Notes under the pieces: model-generated
What the model was told of the DNA's origin: nothing
Seen by the model: only the letters and a program-made list of their open reading frames with translations
Database searches by the model: none
Program-made: the position numbers and the translations under genes
In this document: in pieces, positions 47,263 to 55,914 of the stretch
How the letters are laid out: each line of letters opens with the position of its first letter
Position numbering within the stretch: the first letter of the stretch is position 1
Source of the DNA: Candidatus Saccharimonadales bacterium
Lineage (GTDB): Bacteria; Chloroflexota; Limnocylindria; P2-11E
Reading direction: 5' to 3'
DNA: 63,660 bases
NCBI GenBank assembly: GCA_035493615.1
Contig: DATJHW010000097.1
Coordinates: 1 to 63,660 of the forward strand

Positions 47263-48666
47263 GTGGGTCCGCTGCGCAGCGTCGCCGGGCGCCTGTTCCT
47301 GTCGTACCTCGCCGTCGTCGCGGTCGGTCTGCTCGTCGCGGGCGTCGCGATCGGCGGCCTGCTGTTCAGGTACGAGAACGACGTCACGCGGATCCGGCTT
47401 CAGGAGCTCGCCGCGCCGTTCCAGACCGCCGTCCAGACCGCCGTCCGGAACGGGCAGCAGCCGCGGGACGCGATCGCGAACCTCGCGGAGCAGGTCCAGG
47501 CCGCGAACGCGCGCCTGCTGATCGTGAGCCCAGGGAACAATCCCACCGCGAGCAACGTGCAGCGGCGCGTCCTGGTGGACAGCGACGGCACGCTCGTGAA
47601 CACCCGACTGCCGTCGACCGACGCCGCGGGCATCGGCCAGTTCATCGACCCGGACGGGACGGTGTGGATCTTCGTGCAGCAGCAGCTTCGCGTGGCGGCG
47701 CTGGGTGCCGGCGGTCAGGGCTTCATCGTCGTCGCGCGGCCGCGCGCGGTGTTCGCCGACGTCATTCGCGAGCTCTTGCCATCGCTCGTCATCGCCGGGC
47801 TCATCGCCGCGGGGTTCGCGCTCGTCGTGGCCGGGCTCCTCGCGCGCACGATCACGTCGCCGCTGCGGCGACTCGTCGGCGGTGTCCGGGCGTTCGGCTC
47901 GGACCAGACCGCGCGCGTACCGGTGAGCGGGCCGACCGAGGTCCAGGAGCTGGGCGGCGCGTTCAACGAGATGGCCGGTGAGATCGAGCGCGCGCGAGCC
48001 AGCGAGCAGGAGTTCCTCGCGGATATCTCGCACGAGCTCCGCACGCCGCTCACCTCGATCCACGGATTCGCGCAGGCGATCGTCGAAGGCGAAGCGCGCG
48101 GTGACGGCGTGGCTCGAGCGGCCGAGGTCATCCAGCGTGAGGCGCGCCGCCTCGTACGAATGGTCGAGGGACTGCTGCAGGTGGCGAAGCTCGAGGCCGG
48201 CGTGCAGCGCCTCGCAGTCGAGCAGGTCGCGGCCGCCGATCTGCTGCGCGGCGCCGTCGCGGCGCTCGACGTGCAGGCGCGCGAGGCCGGCGTGGCGTTC
48301 GACGTCGTCGCCGAGCCGCTCGCGGTGATGGGGGACCCGGACCGGCTGTCGCAGCTGTTCATCAACGTCCTGGACAACGCGGTGAAGCACTCGCCGCGAG
48401 GGGCCACCGTGAGCGTGAACGGCGCACAGGTCAACGGCGAGGTGCTGGTCCGCGTGCGCGACCACGGCGCGGGGCTTCCGCCCGGCGGGGAGCGGAAGCT
48501 CTTCGGACGTTTCTGGCGCGGCGATGACGCCGCGGCTCACGCCGGCGCCGGCCTGGGACTCGCGATCGCGCAGGCGATCGCGGAGGCCCACGGCGGCTCC
48601 ATCGACGCGCGAAACGCGCCGGACGGCGGCGCGGAGTTCACGATCCATCTGCCTGCCGCTGCCTAG
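47263..48666 (+). CDS. sensor histidine kinase (TM-HAMP-HisKA-HATPase)
   Basis: 467 aa. H-box ISHELRTPLTSIHGF, N-box NVLDNAVKHSP, G-boxes DHGAGL and GAGLGLAIA. Confidence 0.9.
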   Translation: MGPLRSVAGRLFLSYLAVVAVGLLVAGVAIGGLLFRYENDVTRIRLQELAAPFQTAVQTAVRNGQQPRDAIANLAEQVQAANARLLIVSPGNNPTASNVQRRVLVDSDGTLVNTRLPSTDAAGIGQFIDPDGTVWIFVQQQLRVAALGAGGQGFIVVARPRAVFADVIRELLPSLVIAGLIAAGFALVVAGLLARTITSPLRRLVGGVRAFGSDQTARVPVSGPTEVQELGGAFNEMAGEIERARASEQEFLADISHELRTPLTSIHGFAQAIVEGEARGDGVARAAEVIQREARRLVRMVEGLLQVAKLEAGVQRLAVEQVAAADLLRGAVAALDVQAREAGVAFDVVAEPLAVMGDPDRLSQLFINVLDNAVKHSPRGATVSVNGAQVNGEVLVRVRDHGAGLPPGGERKLFGRFWRGDDAAAHAGAGLGLAIAQAIAEAHGGSIDARNAPDGGAEFTIHLPAAA

Positions 48667-48676
48667 ACTCGGCCTC

Positions 48677-49273
48677 ATGTTCGGGGGAACGGTCCGCGGC
48701 AAGACGGCGATGCTCCGTGTCCCATCCGACGCGGACCTCGAGGCGCACAAGCGCTGGGCGGCCGACATGCGAATTCGGCGGGCCGGTCCGATCGGACGCT
48801 GGCACGAGCCGGCCGCGACGGCGACGTGGAAGGAACGCTGGACCGAGCAGGCGAAGGACAAGACCAGCGTGCTGTGGTCCATCGCCGCCGGCGACGCGCT
48901 CGTGGGGTACGCGCGCGTCCGCTTCGAGGGCGCGCCGCTGGCCGAGGTGCTGCTGCTCGATCAGTTCGTCATCGATCCGGCCCACGCGCGCATGGGCTAC
49001 GGCTTCGACGCGGCGCTGGCCCTGCACCGCTGGGCCTTCGACTTCATGCACCTGCGCATGAGCGTCACCGACCGGATCGCGGCGGACGACATCGGACGAC
49101 AGCGGATCCTCGAGAAGCTCGGGCACGTCCGCTTCGGGCACGGCCATGCGGTCTACTACCGCGACGGCGCGTACGTCGACCAGTACCTCTATCAGCTGGA
49201 CCGCGATGGGTGGGGTGAGCGCTGGCCGGACGAGCGCGAGTACTCCCCGCTCGGCGACGAGACGGCGCGCTGA
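48677..49273 (+). CDS. GNAT family N-acetyltransferase (RimJ/RimL-like)
   Basis: ORF 48524..49273 trimmed to ATG 48677. FVIDPAHARMGYGFDAALALHRWAF core. Confidence 0.72.
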   Translation: MFGGTVRGKTAMLRVPSDADLEAHKRWAADMRIRRAGPIGRWHEPAATATWKERWTEQAKDKTSVLWSIAAGDALVGYARVRFEGAPLAEVLLLDQFVIDPAHARMGYGFDAALALHRWAFDFMHLRMSVTDRIAADDIGRQRILEKLGHVRFGHGHAVYYRDGAYVDQYLYQLDRDGWGERWPDEREYSPLGDETAR

Positions 49274-49839
49274 TGTTCGGCCCGCTGCTGAAGGGAGCGA
49301 ACGGTGTCTCGCTCCGCACGCCGACGCTCGACGACCGGAAGCTGGTGAATCGGTGGATGCTCGAGCCCGAGACCTCCCGGTTCTGGGGCGGCCGGATGAT
49401 GGACGCGCGCGACGAGGCGTTCGCGGAAAGACACACCAAGGACGCCGACGACCCGAACAGCGTGAACTGGTCGATCGCGTACGAGGACCAGACCGTCGGC
49501 TTCACCGGACTGTTCGACATCGACTGGATCGCGCGCGACTGCGAGAGTGGGCTCTTCATCGGACGCAGCGACCTGTACGGCCGGGGCATCGCGTCCGAGA
49601 CCGTCCGCTTGCGGACGGAGTTCGCCTGGCGGGAAATGAACCTGCATCGTGTCCACAACTGGATTTCGCTCCGTAATCGGGGAAGCCGGCGAGCGAACGA
49701 GAAGGCCGGCTACCGGCAGATGGGTCTGATGTCCCACTACGGATTCCGGAGCGGCCAGTGGTACGACGACTGGCTGGGCGAGGTCTTCCCCCCGGACAGG
49801 TCGGCGGGTATATTCGTGCCGCCCTCCAAAGGGGGGTAG
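49273..49839 (+). CDS. GNAT family N-acetyltransferase (RimJ/RimL-like)
   Basis: 188 aa. TGATG 1-nt overlap with the preceding GNAT gene. LFIGRSDLYGRGIASETVRLRTEFAW...N..SRRANEKAGY. Confidence 0.8.
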   Translation: MFGPLLKGANGVSLRTPTLDDRKLVNRWMLEPETSRFWGGRMMDARDEAFAERHTKDADDPNSVNWSIAYEDQTVGFTGLFDIDWIARDCESGLFIGRSDLYGRGIASETVRLRTEFAWREMNLHRVHNWISLRNRGSRRANEKAGYRQMGLMSHYGFRSGQWYDDWLGEVFPPDRSAGIFVPPSKGG

Positions 49840-49940
49840 CGGCGACAAGAGCTGAGACAACGCGAGCGTCGAGTGAGGCAGTCCTCCCGAGACCGAGCGA
49901 GGCTCGAGAAGCCAGCACACGAAAGGGAGGAAGCTTCACA

Positions 49941-50282
49941 GTGAGCTTCTCTGACAAGACCCTGACCTGCAAAGACTGCGGTCAGGAATTCATTTGGACC
50001 GCGGGCGAGCAGGAGTTCTACCAGTCCCGTGGTCTCGTGAACGAGCCGGGCCGGTGCCCGTCGTGCCGCGCGGCACGCCGGTCGTCCGGTGGCGGAGCGG
50101 GTGGCGGCATGTACGGCGGCGGTCGTGGCATGGGCGGCCCGCGCGAATTCTTCACCGCGACCTGCAGCAACTGCGGCGGTGAGGCCCGCGTTCCATTCCA
50201 GCCACGCGGCGACAAGCCGGTCTACTGCAGCTCCTGCTTCGAGCAGGTGCGGCCGTCGGCGTCGCGTGGAGCGCGGTACTAG
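49941..50282 (+). CDS. double zinc-ribbon protein (zf-trcl-like CxxC...CxxC domains) with Gly/Arg-rich linker
   Basis: ORF 49758..50282 trimmed to GTG 49941, preceded by AAAGGGAGGAAG. LTCKDCGQEFIWTAGEQEFY...RCPSCR and CSNCGGEARVPFQP..PVYCSSCF, separated by SSGGGAGGGMYGGGRGMGG. Confidence 0.75.
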   Translation: MSFSDKTLTCKDCGQEFIWTAGEQEFYQSRGLVNEPGRCPSCRAARRSSGGGAGGGMYGGGRGMGGPREFFTATCSNCGGEARVPFQPRGDKPVYCSSCFEQVRPSASRGARY

Positions 50283-50306
50283 TTCACCGATCGAGCTGGA
50301 AGCGAG

Positions 50307-50342
50307 GACCCCCGGTCGCAAGACCGGGGGTCTTTCCTATTT
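50307..50342 (+). terminator. intrinsic terminator (11-bp perfect stem, GCAA loop, T-rich tail)
   Basis: gacccccggtc-gcaa-gaccgggggtc followed by tttcctattt, 25 nt after the zinc-ribbon stop codon. Confidence 0.75.
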
Positions 50343-50828
50343 GGCTCGCCGCCGCTCCGCATACATCTGCTGGATGAAGTGCGGCGCCCACTGGAGGTAC
50401 CGTCGCTGCGTGTCCGGTGCGAGTGAGAAGAACTCACCGAGGACCTGGTGTGGACCGCGCGCCGGATCGCACAGACAGTCCATCACCCACACGCCGGTGC
50501 CGTCGTCGTACGCATTCAGCCGGTAGTCGATCGTGATCTCCTCGCCAGGTGCGATGTCACGCACCGCGATGACCGCGTCCCGCTCGGTGCCGAGCGCGTT
50601 CGGGTCGCACGCATGGTTGAGATAACAGCGTGGCTCCGGTAGCACGCGCCACAGTCCGATCCCGAACTCCGAGAGATGCTCGCGCTCCCAGACCGTGAGC
50701 TGCGCGAGCCCGCCGCGGTCAATGACCGGGCCATCGAACGCCGAGAGGATCGTCTCACCGGCCGCGAAGCGCCGGAGGGCGAAGACGCCCCTGCCCTTGC
50801 CCGCAGCGTCCCGAACGGCGACGTCTAC
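50337..50828 (-). CDS. SET-domain protein (putative lysine methyltransferase); start codon unresolved
   Basis: In-frame part of ORF 50337..51089. VAVRDAAGKGRGVFALRRFAAGETI, YLNHACDPN, EEITIDY and post-SET CLCD motifs. There is no ATG/GTG/TTG between GTG 51089 (265-nt out-of-frame overlap with cofE) and GTG 50645 (which truncates the domain). The upper bound given is the codon overlapping the cofE stop. Confidence 0.72.
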   Translation of the reverse strand, partial: VDVAVRDAAGKGRGVFALRRFAAGETILSAFDGPVIDRGGLAQLTVWEREHLSEFGIGLWRVLPEPRCYLNHACDPNALGTERDAVIAVRDIAPGEEITIDYRLNAYDDGTGVWVMDCLCDPARGPHQVLGEFFSLAPDTQRRYLQWAPHFIQQMYAERRRAK

Positions 50829-51580
50829 CGGAACATGTCCTTGTCGCGCGGGCGCACGTACGTGCGCGCGGTCTCGCTGCCTTCGGGCATCGGAAGCCCG
50901 CGCACGATCGCGGCGGGCCGTCGATCGAGCTTCCCCATCACGAGCTCCGTCGCGGCGGCGATCTCGTCGGCGATCGCGATCTCGGTGACGCGCATCTCGT
51001 AGCCGTCGGGGTCGAACTCGCCGATGTACCGGCGAAGCGCGGGGAGGCCACTGATCCCGATGGCCACGTTCATGTGACCCTCGCGCCACGCCCGGCCGAA
51101 GGTGTCGGTGATCACGACCGGCACGTCGATCCCGCTCTGCTTCCGGATCGCCGCGCGGATCCGCGCGGCCGACGCGTCGGGATCGACCGGGAGCAGGATG
51201 AGCGTGTCCGGCGCGCCGGCATTCGAGTGGTCGACCCCCGCGTTCGCAGCGACGAAGCCGTGCTTCGTCTCGACGATGAGCACGCCGCGCTGCCAGCGGA
51301 CGATGCGCACGGTCTCGTCCAGCACGGCCTGCAGGCCGCGCGCGTCCTTGCCGGACTCCGCGGCCATCCGCTCCGCGTCGGGCCCCGGCACGACGTCGGC
51401 GAGCTTGCGGATACGGCCCTCGGACTTGGAGACGACCTTCTGCGCGATCGCGAGCACGTCGCCGTCCTCGAAGGCGCGGCCGGCCGCGCGCAGGCAGTCG
51501 ATGAGCATCGCGGCCAGTTCGTCGCCCGGCTTGATCTCGGGAAGGCCGTCGATCGGGATGAGGGTGACGTCGGACACCAC
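50825..51580 (-). CDS. cofE: coenzyme F420-0:L-glutamate ligase
   Basis: ORF 50825..51652 trimmed to GTG 51580 (251 aa). DGDVLAIAQKVVSKSEGR, VETKHGFVAANAGVD, ITDTFGRAWREG and C-terminal RPRDKDMFR. Confidence 0.88.
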   Translation of the reverse strand: MVSDVTLIPIDGLPEIKPGDELAAMLIDCLRAAGRAFEDGDVLAIAQKVVSKSEGRIRKLADVVPGPDAERMAAESGKDARGLQAVLDETVRIVRWQRGVLIVETKHGFVAANAGVDHSNAGAPDTLILLPVDPDASAARIRAAIRKQSGIDVPVVITDTFGRAWREGHMNVAIGISGLPALRRYIGEFDPDGYEMRVTEIAIADEIAAATELVMGKLDRRPAAIVRGLPMPEGSETARTYVRPRDKDMFR

Positions 51581-51624
51581 TGAAAGTCTCGCTGATAGCG
51601 TGGGCAGGTGCAGAGGTACGCGAT

Positions 51625-52023
51625 GTGAAGGAGGACCTGCTCGCCAGCGCACGGCTCGGCCATCTCGCGACGACGAGCGCGACCGGCCGCCCGCACGTCG
51701 TCCCGGTGTGCTTCGCCTGGCTGCCGCCCCTCGTCTACTCGGCCATCGACGGCAAGCCCAAGCGGACGACGCTCCTGCGGCGGATCCGGAACATCGCCGA
51801 GACCGGCCGCGCGGCGCTCGTCGTCGATCGGTGGAGCGAGGATTGGACGAAGCTCGCGTACGTGCTCGTCGAAGGCCGAGCCGAGGTGCTCGAGGACGGA
51901 CGGGAGCGCGACGAGGCGCTCATCCTGCTCACCGCGAAATATCCGCAGTACGACGACCTGCCGCTCGAAGGGAACCTCGTCATCAAGCTCGTCGCCGAAC
52001 ATGTTGTTGAATGGCACGCCTGA
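51625..52023 (+). CDS. PPOX-class (pyridoxamine 5'-phosphate oxidase fold) F420-dependent oxidoreductase
   Basis: 132 aa. GHLATTSATGRPHVVPVCF...VVDRWSEDWTKLAYVLVEGRAEV pattern. Divergent from cofE. Confidence 0.8.
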   Translation: MKEDLLASARLGHLATTSATGRPHVVPVCFAWLPPLVYSAIDGKPKRTTLLRRIRNIAETGRAALVVDRWSEDWTKLAYVLVEGRAEVLEDGRERDEALILLTAKYPQYDDLPLEGNLVIKLVAEHVVEWHA

Positions 52024-53033
52024 TGGAGTTCGGCTTCACGCTCAAGCCCGACCACTCGCTCGAGCGGATCGCCTCGCTCACCAAGCTCGCCGAGCAATGC
52101 GGCTTCACCTACGGCTGGGTCTTCGACAGCCACGTGCTCTGGAAGGAGCCCTACGTCCTCCTGACGCTGATGGCCCAGAACAGCACGAAGCTGCGCCTCG
52201 GCACCTGTGTCACGAACCCGGCGACACGCGAGCCGTCGGTGACCGCGAGCGCGCTCGCGGTCCTGCAGATCCTCTCCAAGGGCCGGATGGATCTGGGCAT
52301 CGGTCGCGGCGATTCCGCGCGCCGTGTGCTGGGCAAGAAGCCGACGACGCTCGAGGATCTCGAGGCGGCGACGCTCGCGATCCGCGAGCTGTGCGAAGGC
52401 CGCGCGACCACGTACGACGGGACCGAGATCAAGCTCGACTGGGCCGAGCGCTACAAGCTGCCGGTGTGGATCGCCGGCTACGGGCCCAAGGCGCTCGCGA
52501 TGACCGGTCGGATCGCGGACGGCGCCGTCATCCAGATCGCGGACCCCAGCCTTGTGAAGTGGTGCGTCGGTCTCCTGCGTGACGGGACGCGCATCGCGCA
52601 TCGGGACGCGTCCGACGTGAAGGTCATGGTCGCGGCGCCGGCGCACGTCGGGCCGAAGGCCGCCGTCCGCGAGCGCGTGCGCTGGTTCCCCGCCCTCGTG
52701 AGCAACCACGTCGTCGACCTGGTGCGCCGCTACGGCGAGCAAGGCCTGCCGGCGGACCTCACGAGCTACGTGCGCGGCCGGCCGGGGTACGACTACAAGC
52801 ATCACGCGGAGTCGGGCTCGTCGAACGCCGGGTTCGTCGACGACGAGTCCGTCGACCGCTTCTGCGTGACCGGTGAGGTGAGCGAGCAGGTCGAGAAGCT
52901 CCACACGCTCGCAGACGCGGGGATGACCCAGTTCAACCTCTACCTCATGAGCGGCGACGAGGAGCGGCAGCTCGAGGCGTACGGCCGGGACGTGATCCCG
53001 AAGCTCCGTGGATCGGTGTCCGCGCCGGCCTAG
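52011..53033 (+). CDS. LLM-class (luciferase-like) F420-dependent oxidoreductase (Mer-like)
   Basis: 340 aa. FGFTLKP, FTYGWVFDSH, GTCVTNP, GIGRGDS and IAGYGPKAL motifs. Confidence 0.85.
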   Translation: MARLMEFGFTLKPDHSLERIASLTKLAEQCGFTYGWVFDSHVLWKEPYVLLTLMAQNSTKLRLGTCVTNPATREPSVTASALAVLQILSKGRMDLGIGRGDSARRVLGKKPTTLEDLEAATLAIRELCEGRATTYDGTEIKLDWAERYKLPVWIAGYGPKALAMTGRIADGAVIQIADPSLVKWCVGLLRDGTRIAHRDASDVKVMVAAPAHVGPKAAVRERVRWFPALVSNHVVDLVRRYGEQGLPADLTSYVRGRPGYDYKHHAESGSSNAGFVDDESVDRFCVTGEVSEQVEKLHTLADAGMTQFNLYLMSGDEERQLEAYGRDVIPKLRGSVSAPA

Positions 53034-53605
53034 GCGCCGAATCCAGCGACCCAGCGCTGCGCGTCGGCGAACCCGTACTTCGCGTCAGCCTCGGCGCCGA
53101 GCGCGTCCAGCGTCTTGCTGAAGAACGAACGGGCCGATGCGGCGAGCACGATGTCGACGATCTCGTCGTCCGTGAAGCCGTGTCCGCGCAGCCCATCGAT
53201 GTCCTCGGACGTGACCTTGTAGGCATGGAGCACGACCTTCTCGACGAGGTCGAGCATCGCGACCTCCCGTGCGTCGAGGCCGGCGGTGCGGTGATCGTTC
53301 GTGATCGCCGCGATCTGCTCGGCCGTGAAGAACTTGGACCGGAGCAGGACCGCTCCGTGGGCGAGCGTTCAGTAGCGGCAGCGCAGCTTCGCGGCGGCGA
53401 CCGTCGTGATGAGCTCGTAGCGCCGCTGGTCCTGGTGCTCGCGGATCGCGGCGATGAGCTGGCGGAACGCGACGATCGCCTTCGGCCGGAGGCTGAGGGC
53501 CTGGGTGTGGCTCGGGAGCTCGCCATTCGCGAGCACGTCGGCGTCGTAGATCTCTTTCAGCAGCCCAGTGGCCTCGCCCGATGAGACCGTCCGGATGTAG
53601 GCCAC
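53030..53605 (-). CDS. AhpD/carboxymuconolactone-decarboxylase-family peroxidase-related protein with in-frame TGA (candidate selenocysteine, CxxU)
   Basis: Track ORFs 53369..53605 and 53030..53257 share one frame and are separated only by TGA 53371..53369. Read-through gives 191 aa with ...TVAAAKLRCRY[TGA]TLAHGAVLL..., matching the C-x-x-C-x-x-x-H active-site pattern. The alternative is a pseudogene. Confidence 0.6.
53341..53356 (-). other. candidate bacterial SECIS hairpin core
   Basis: mRNA GGAGC-GGUCCU-GCUCC starts 12 nt after the UGA and is extendable to CC(A)CGGAGC...GCUCCGG with one bulged A. The apical loop contains GGUC at about the same distance from UGA as I recall for E. coli fdhF. 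Confidence 0.4.
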
Positions 53606-53634
53606 GCAGCACCTCCTCTGATCGCGCGGTGAGG

Positions 53635-54657
53635 CTAGCGGAGGACGAAGCCCTCACGCAGCGGATCGTCGGGCGCGACCCACAGCTCCGACCGGCCGAC
53701 GGTCCACGCGGATCCGGTGACCTCAGGCACGACCGCGTCGTGCCGCGCGACCGTGGCCGTCCGGGCCACCCGCCCGCGGAACACCGTACCGATGATGCTC
53801 TCGACCCGGAAGGTCGCGCCGTCGCGGAGCCGCCCGCGTGCGCGCTCGATCGCGACGCGCGCGCTCACCCCGGTGCCGGTCGGGGACCGGTCGAGCTCGC
53901 CTTCGGCGAAGACGCAGACGTTCCGCGAATCGGCACCCGGCCCGTGCGGCTTGCCGGTGAGGATCGTGCCGTACAAGAAGGAGAGATCCGCGGCGTCCGG
54001 TGAGTCGGGGTGCGTGATCTCGCGACTCGCCATGACCGCCCGTTTGATCCGCATTCCGACGTCGATGCACTGACGGAAGCCGCTCGGGTCGAGCGGCAGG
54101 CCGAGGGCGTCAGCGTCGACGAACGCGTAGAACGCACCGCCGAACGCGAGGTCGTAGCGCACCGTTCCGAGACCCGCCACCTCGACGGCGGCGTCGAGGT
54201 CGACCGCGAAGGACGGCACGTTCTCGAACGAAACCTCGCGGACCCGCACGCCGTCGCGCGTCGCGCGCGCGGTGACCCGGCCCGGCGGCGCGTCGTAGCG
54301 GATGACGTCGCCCTTCCGTTCGCCGGTCTCGAGGAGCGCCGTGGTCAGCGCGATGATCCCGTGGCCGCACATCGTGCTCCAGCCTTCGTTGTGGACGAAC
54401 AGGACGCCGAGGTCGCCGTCGTGCGTCACCGGCTCGGTCAGGATCGCCCCGTACATGTCGGCGTGGCCATGCGGCTCGAACACGATCGTCCTGCGCAGGC
54501 CGTCGAGGTGCTCGCGCGCGTAGCGGCGCTTGTCGAGCATCGTCCGACCGGGGATCGGATCGATGCCGCCGGTCACGATGCGCAACGGCTCGCCGGCGGC
54601 GTGGGACTCGAGGGTCGTGACGCGCGGCCAGGTCTTCGGCGGTGTCCAGTTCCGCAT
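53635..54657 (-). CDS. proline racemase family protein, Cys/Thr type (trans-3-hydroxy-L-proline dehydratase-like)
   Basis: 340 aa. First catalytic site WSTMCGHG (Cys). Second site DRSPTGTG has Thr instead of Cys, the signature separating dehydratases from racemases/epimerases. Confidence 0.82.
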   Translation of the reverse strand: MRNWTPPKTWPRVTTLESHAAGEPLRIVTGGIDPIPGRTMLDKRRYAREHLDGLRRTIVFEPHGHADMYGAILTEPVTHDGDLGVLFVHNEGWSTMCGHGIIALTTALLETGERKGDVIRYDAPPGRVTARATRDGVRVREVSFENVPSFAVDLDAAVEVAGLGTVRYDLAFGGAFYAFVDADALGLPLDPSGFRQCIDVGMRIKRAVMASREITHPDSPDAADLSFLYGTILTGKPHGPGADSRNVCVFAEGELDRSPTGTGVSARVAIERARGRLRDGATFRVESIIGTVFRGRVARTATVARHDAVVPEVTGSAWTVGRSELWVAPDDPLREGFVLR

Positions 54658-54675
54658 ACCTGCGCCCGGGCCGGG

Positions 54676-55914
54676 CTATGCCCGCTCCGGGCGAGCCCCA
54701 TCCAACGGGTGAACGGCGCCATCCTTCATCACGAACGCGACCGAGCCGCGGTCCTTGAACAGCGCGATGTTCGCGAGCGGATCGCCCCGCACGCCGACGA
54801 GATCCGCGCGCTTGCCCGGCTCGACGGTGCCGACGAGCTTGTCGACGCGCGAGCACTCGGCCGCTGTCTTCGTGGTGGCGACGATGGCCTGCATCGGCGT
54901 CATGCCGTTCTCGACCATGACCGCGATCTCCTCCGCGTTGCTCCCGTGCGGCCCAACGCCGGTGTCGGTGCCCATCGCGATGCGCACGCCGTGCTCGACG
55001 GCCATCCGGAACGACCGGGTGTGGGCTTCGGCAACCTCCTTGGCCTTTCGGATGGCGTACGGCGGCATCGATGAGGGATCCTTCTCGGCACGGCGGACCA
55101 CCCAGAGCGGCGCGACCAGGGTCGCGACCAGATACGTGCCACGCTTCTTCATCTCCGCGCAGATCTCCTCGGAGAGATAGATGCCGTGCTCGATTGACTC
55201 GACGCCGGCGAGGACCGCGTTCTTGATGCCCTGCATCGCCTGCGCGTGCGACATCACGGTCTTGCCCGCGGCGTGGGCCTCGTACACGACCGCGGCGATC
55301 TCGTCCGGCGAGAAGCCGGTGGCGCCCGGCTCGTCGTTCGGCGACAGGACGCCGCCGGAGGTCATGATCTTGATCTGGTCGGCGCCGGCCCGAAGGACCT
55401 CACGGGTCACCCGCCGGATGTTGTCGATCCCGTCCACCACGCCGATCGGCCGCTCCGGATCCATCACGGCCACGTTCACCCCCGACGGCATCAGGGAGTC
55501 GCCGTGCCCGCCGGTCTGCGAGAGCGGCGTCACCGCGATGCGCATGCGCGGACCGGGGAACAGGCCGCGCTCGACGGCCATCTTCACACCGCGCGTGGTG
55601 AACCCGGCGTCGCGGACGGTCGTGAAGCCGGCATCGAGCGTCTCTCGCGCGTGGACCAGGGCCATCGCCGTGTTCAGGCTCGGCGGCATGAGCAGACGCT
55701 GCTCGATGCTCTCCTGCCCAGGCACGAGATGGACATGGCAGTCGATCAAGCCGGGCAGCATCGTGAGCTCGCCGGTGTCGATGACCTCAGCGCCCTTCGG
55801 CGCGTCCTTCACGATGCTCTGGATGACCCCGTCCTCGATGACGACGAACCGCCCGCGGACCGGATCGGCCCCCGTGCCATCGATGAGCGTGCTCGCGCGG
55901 ACGGCGACGGTCAC
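54676..55914 (-). CDS. amidohydrolase family metallo-hydrolase (Xaa-Pro dipeptidase/imidazolonepropionase-like)
   Basis: 412 aa. PGLIDCHVHL (HxH), SHAQ and GTDTG motifs. Confidence 0.85.
   Translation of the reverse strand: MTVAVRASTLIDGTGADPVRGRFVVIEDGVIQSIVKDAPKGAEVIDTGELTMLPGLIDCHVHLVPGQESIEQRLLMPPSLNTAMALVHARETLDAGFTTVRDAGFTTRGVKMAVERGLFPGPRMRIAVTPLSQTGGHGDSLMPSGVNVAVMDPERPIGVVDGIDNIRRVTREVLRAGADQIKIMTSGGVLSPNDEPGATGFSPDEIAAVVYEAHAAGKTVMSHAQAMQGIKNAVLAGVESIEHGIYLSEEICAEMKKRGTYLVATLVAPLWVVRRAEKDPSSMPPYAIRKAKEVAEAHTRSFRMAVEHGVRIAMGTDTGVGPHGSNAEEIAVMVENGMTPMQAIVATTKTAAECSRVDKLVGTVEPGKRADLVGVRGDPLANIALFKDRGSVAFVMKDGAVHPLDGARPERA

Noticed and set aside
51089-51089. GTG 51089 as the true start of the SET-domain gene
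   Set aside because: It would add 88 Arg-rich residues encoded out of frame over the last 265 nt of cofE. That composition is typical of a non-coding frame.
53369-53371. Reading the in-frame TGA simply as a nonsense mutation (pseudogene) or as genetic-code reassignment
   Set aside because: It is not rejected outright as a pseudogene, but this is the less favoured reading. The stop falls exactly on the second CxxC cysteine, both halves stay in frame and look intact, and an fdhF-like hairpin follows at the right spacing. Code reassignment is rejected because many genes here terminate normally at TGA.
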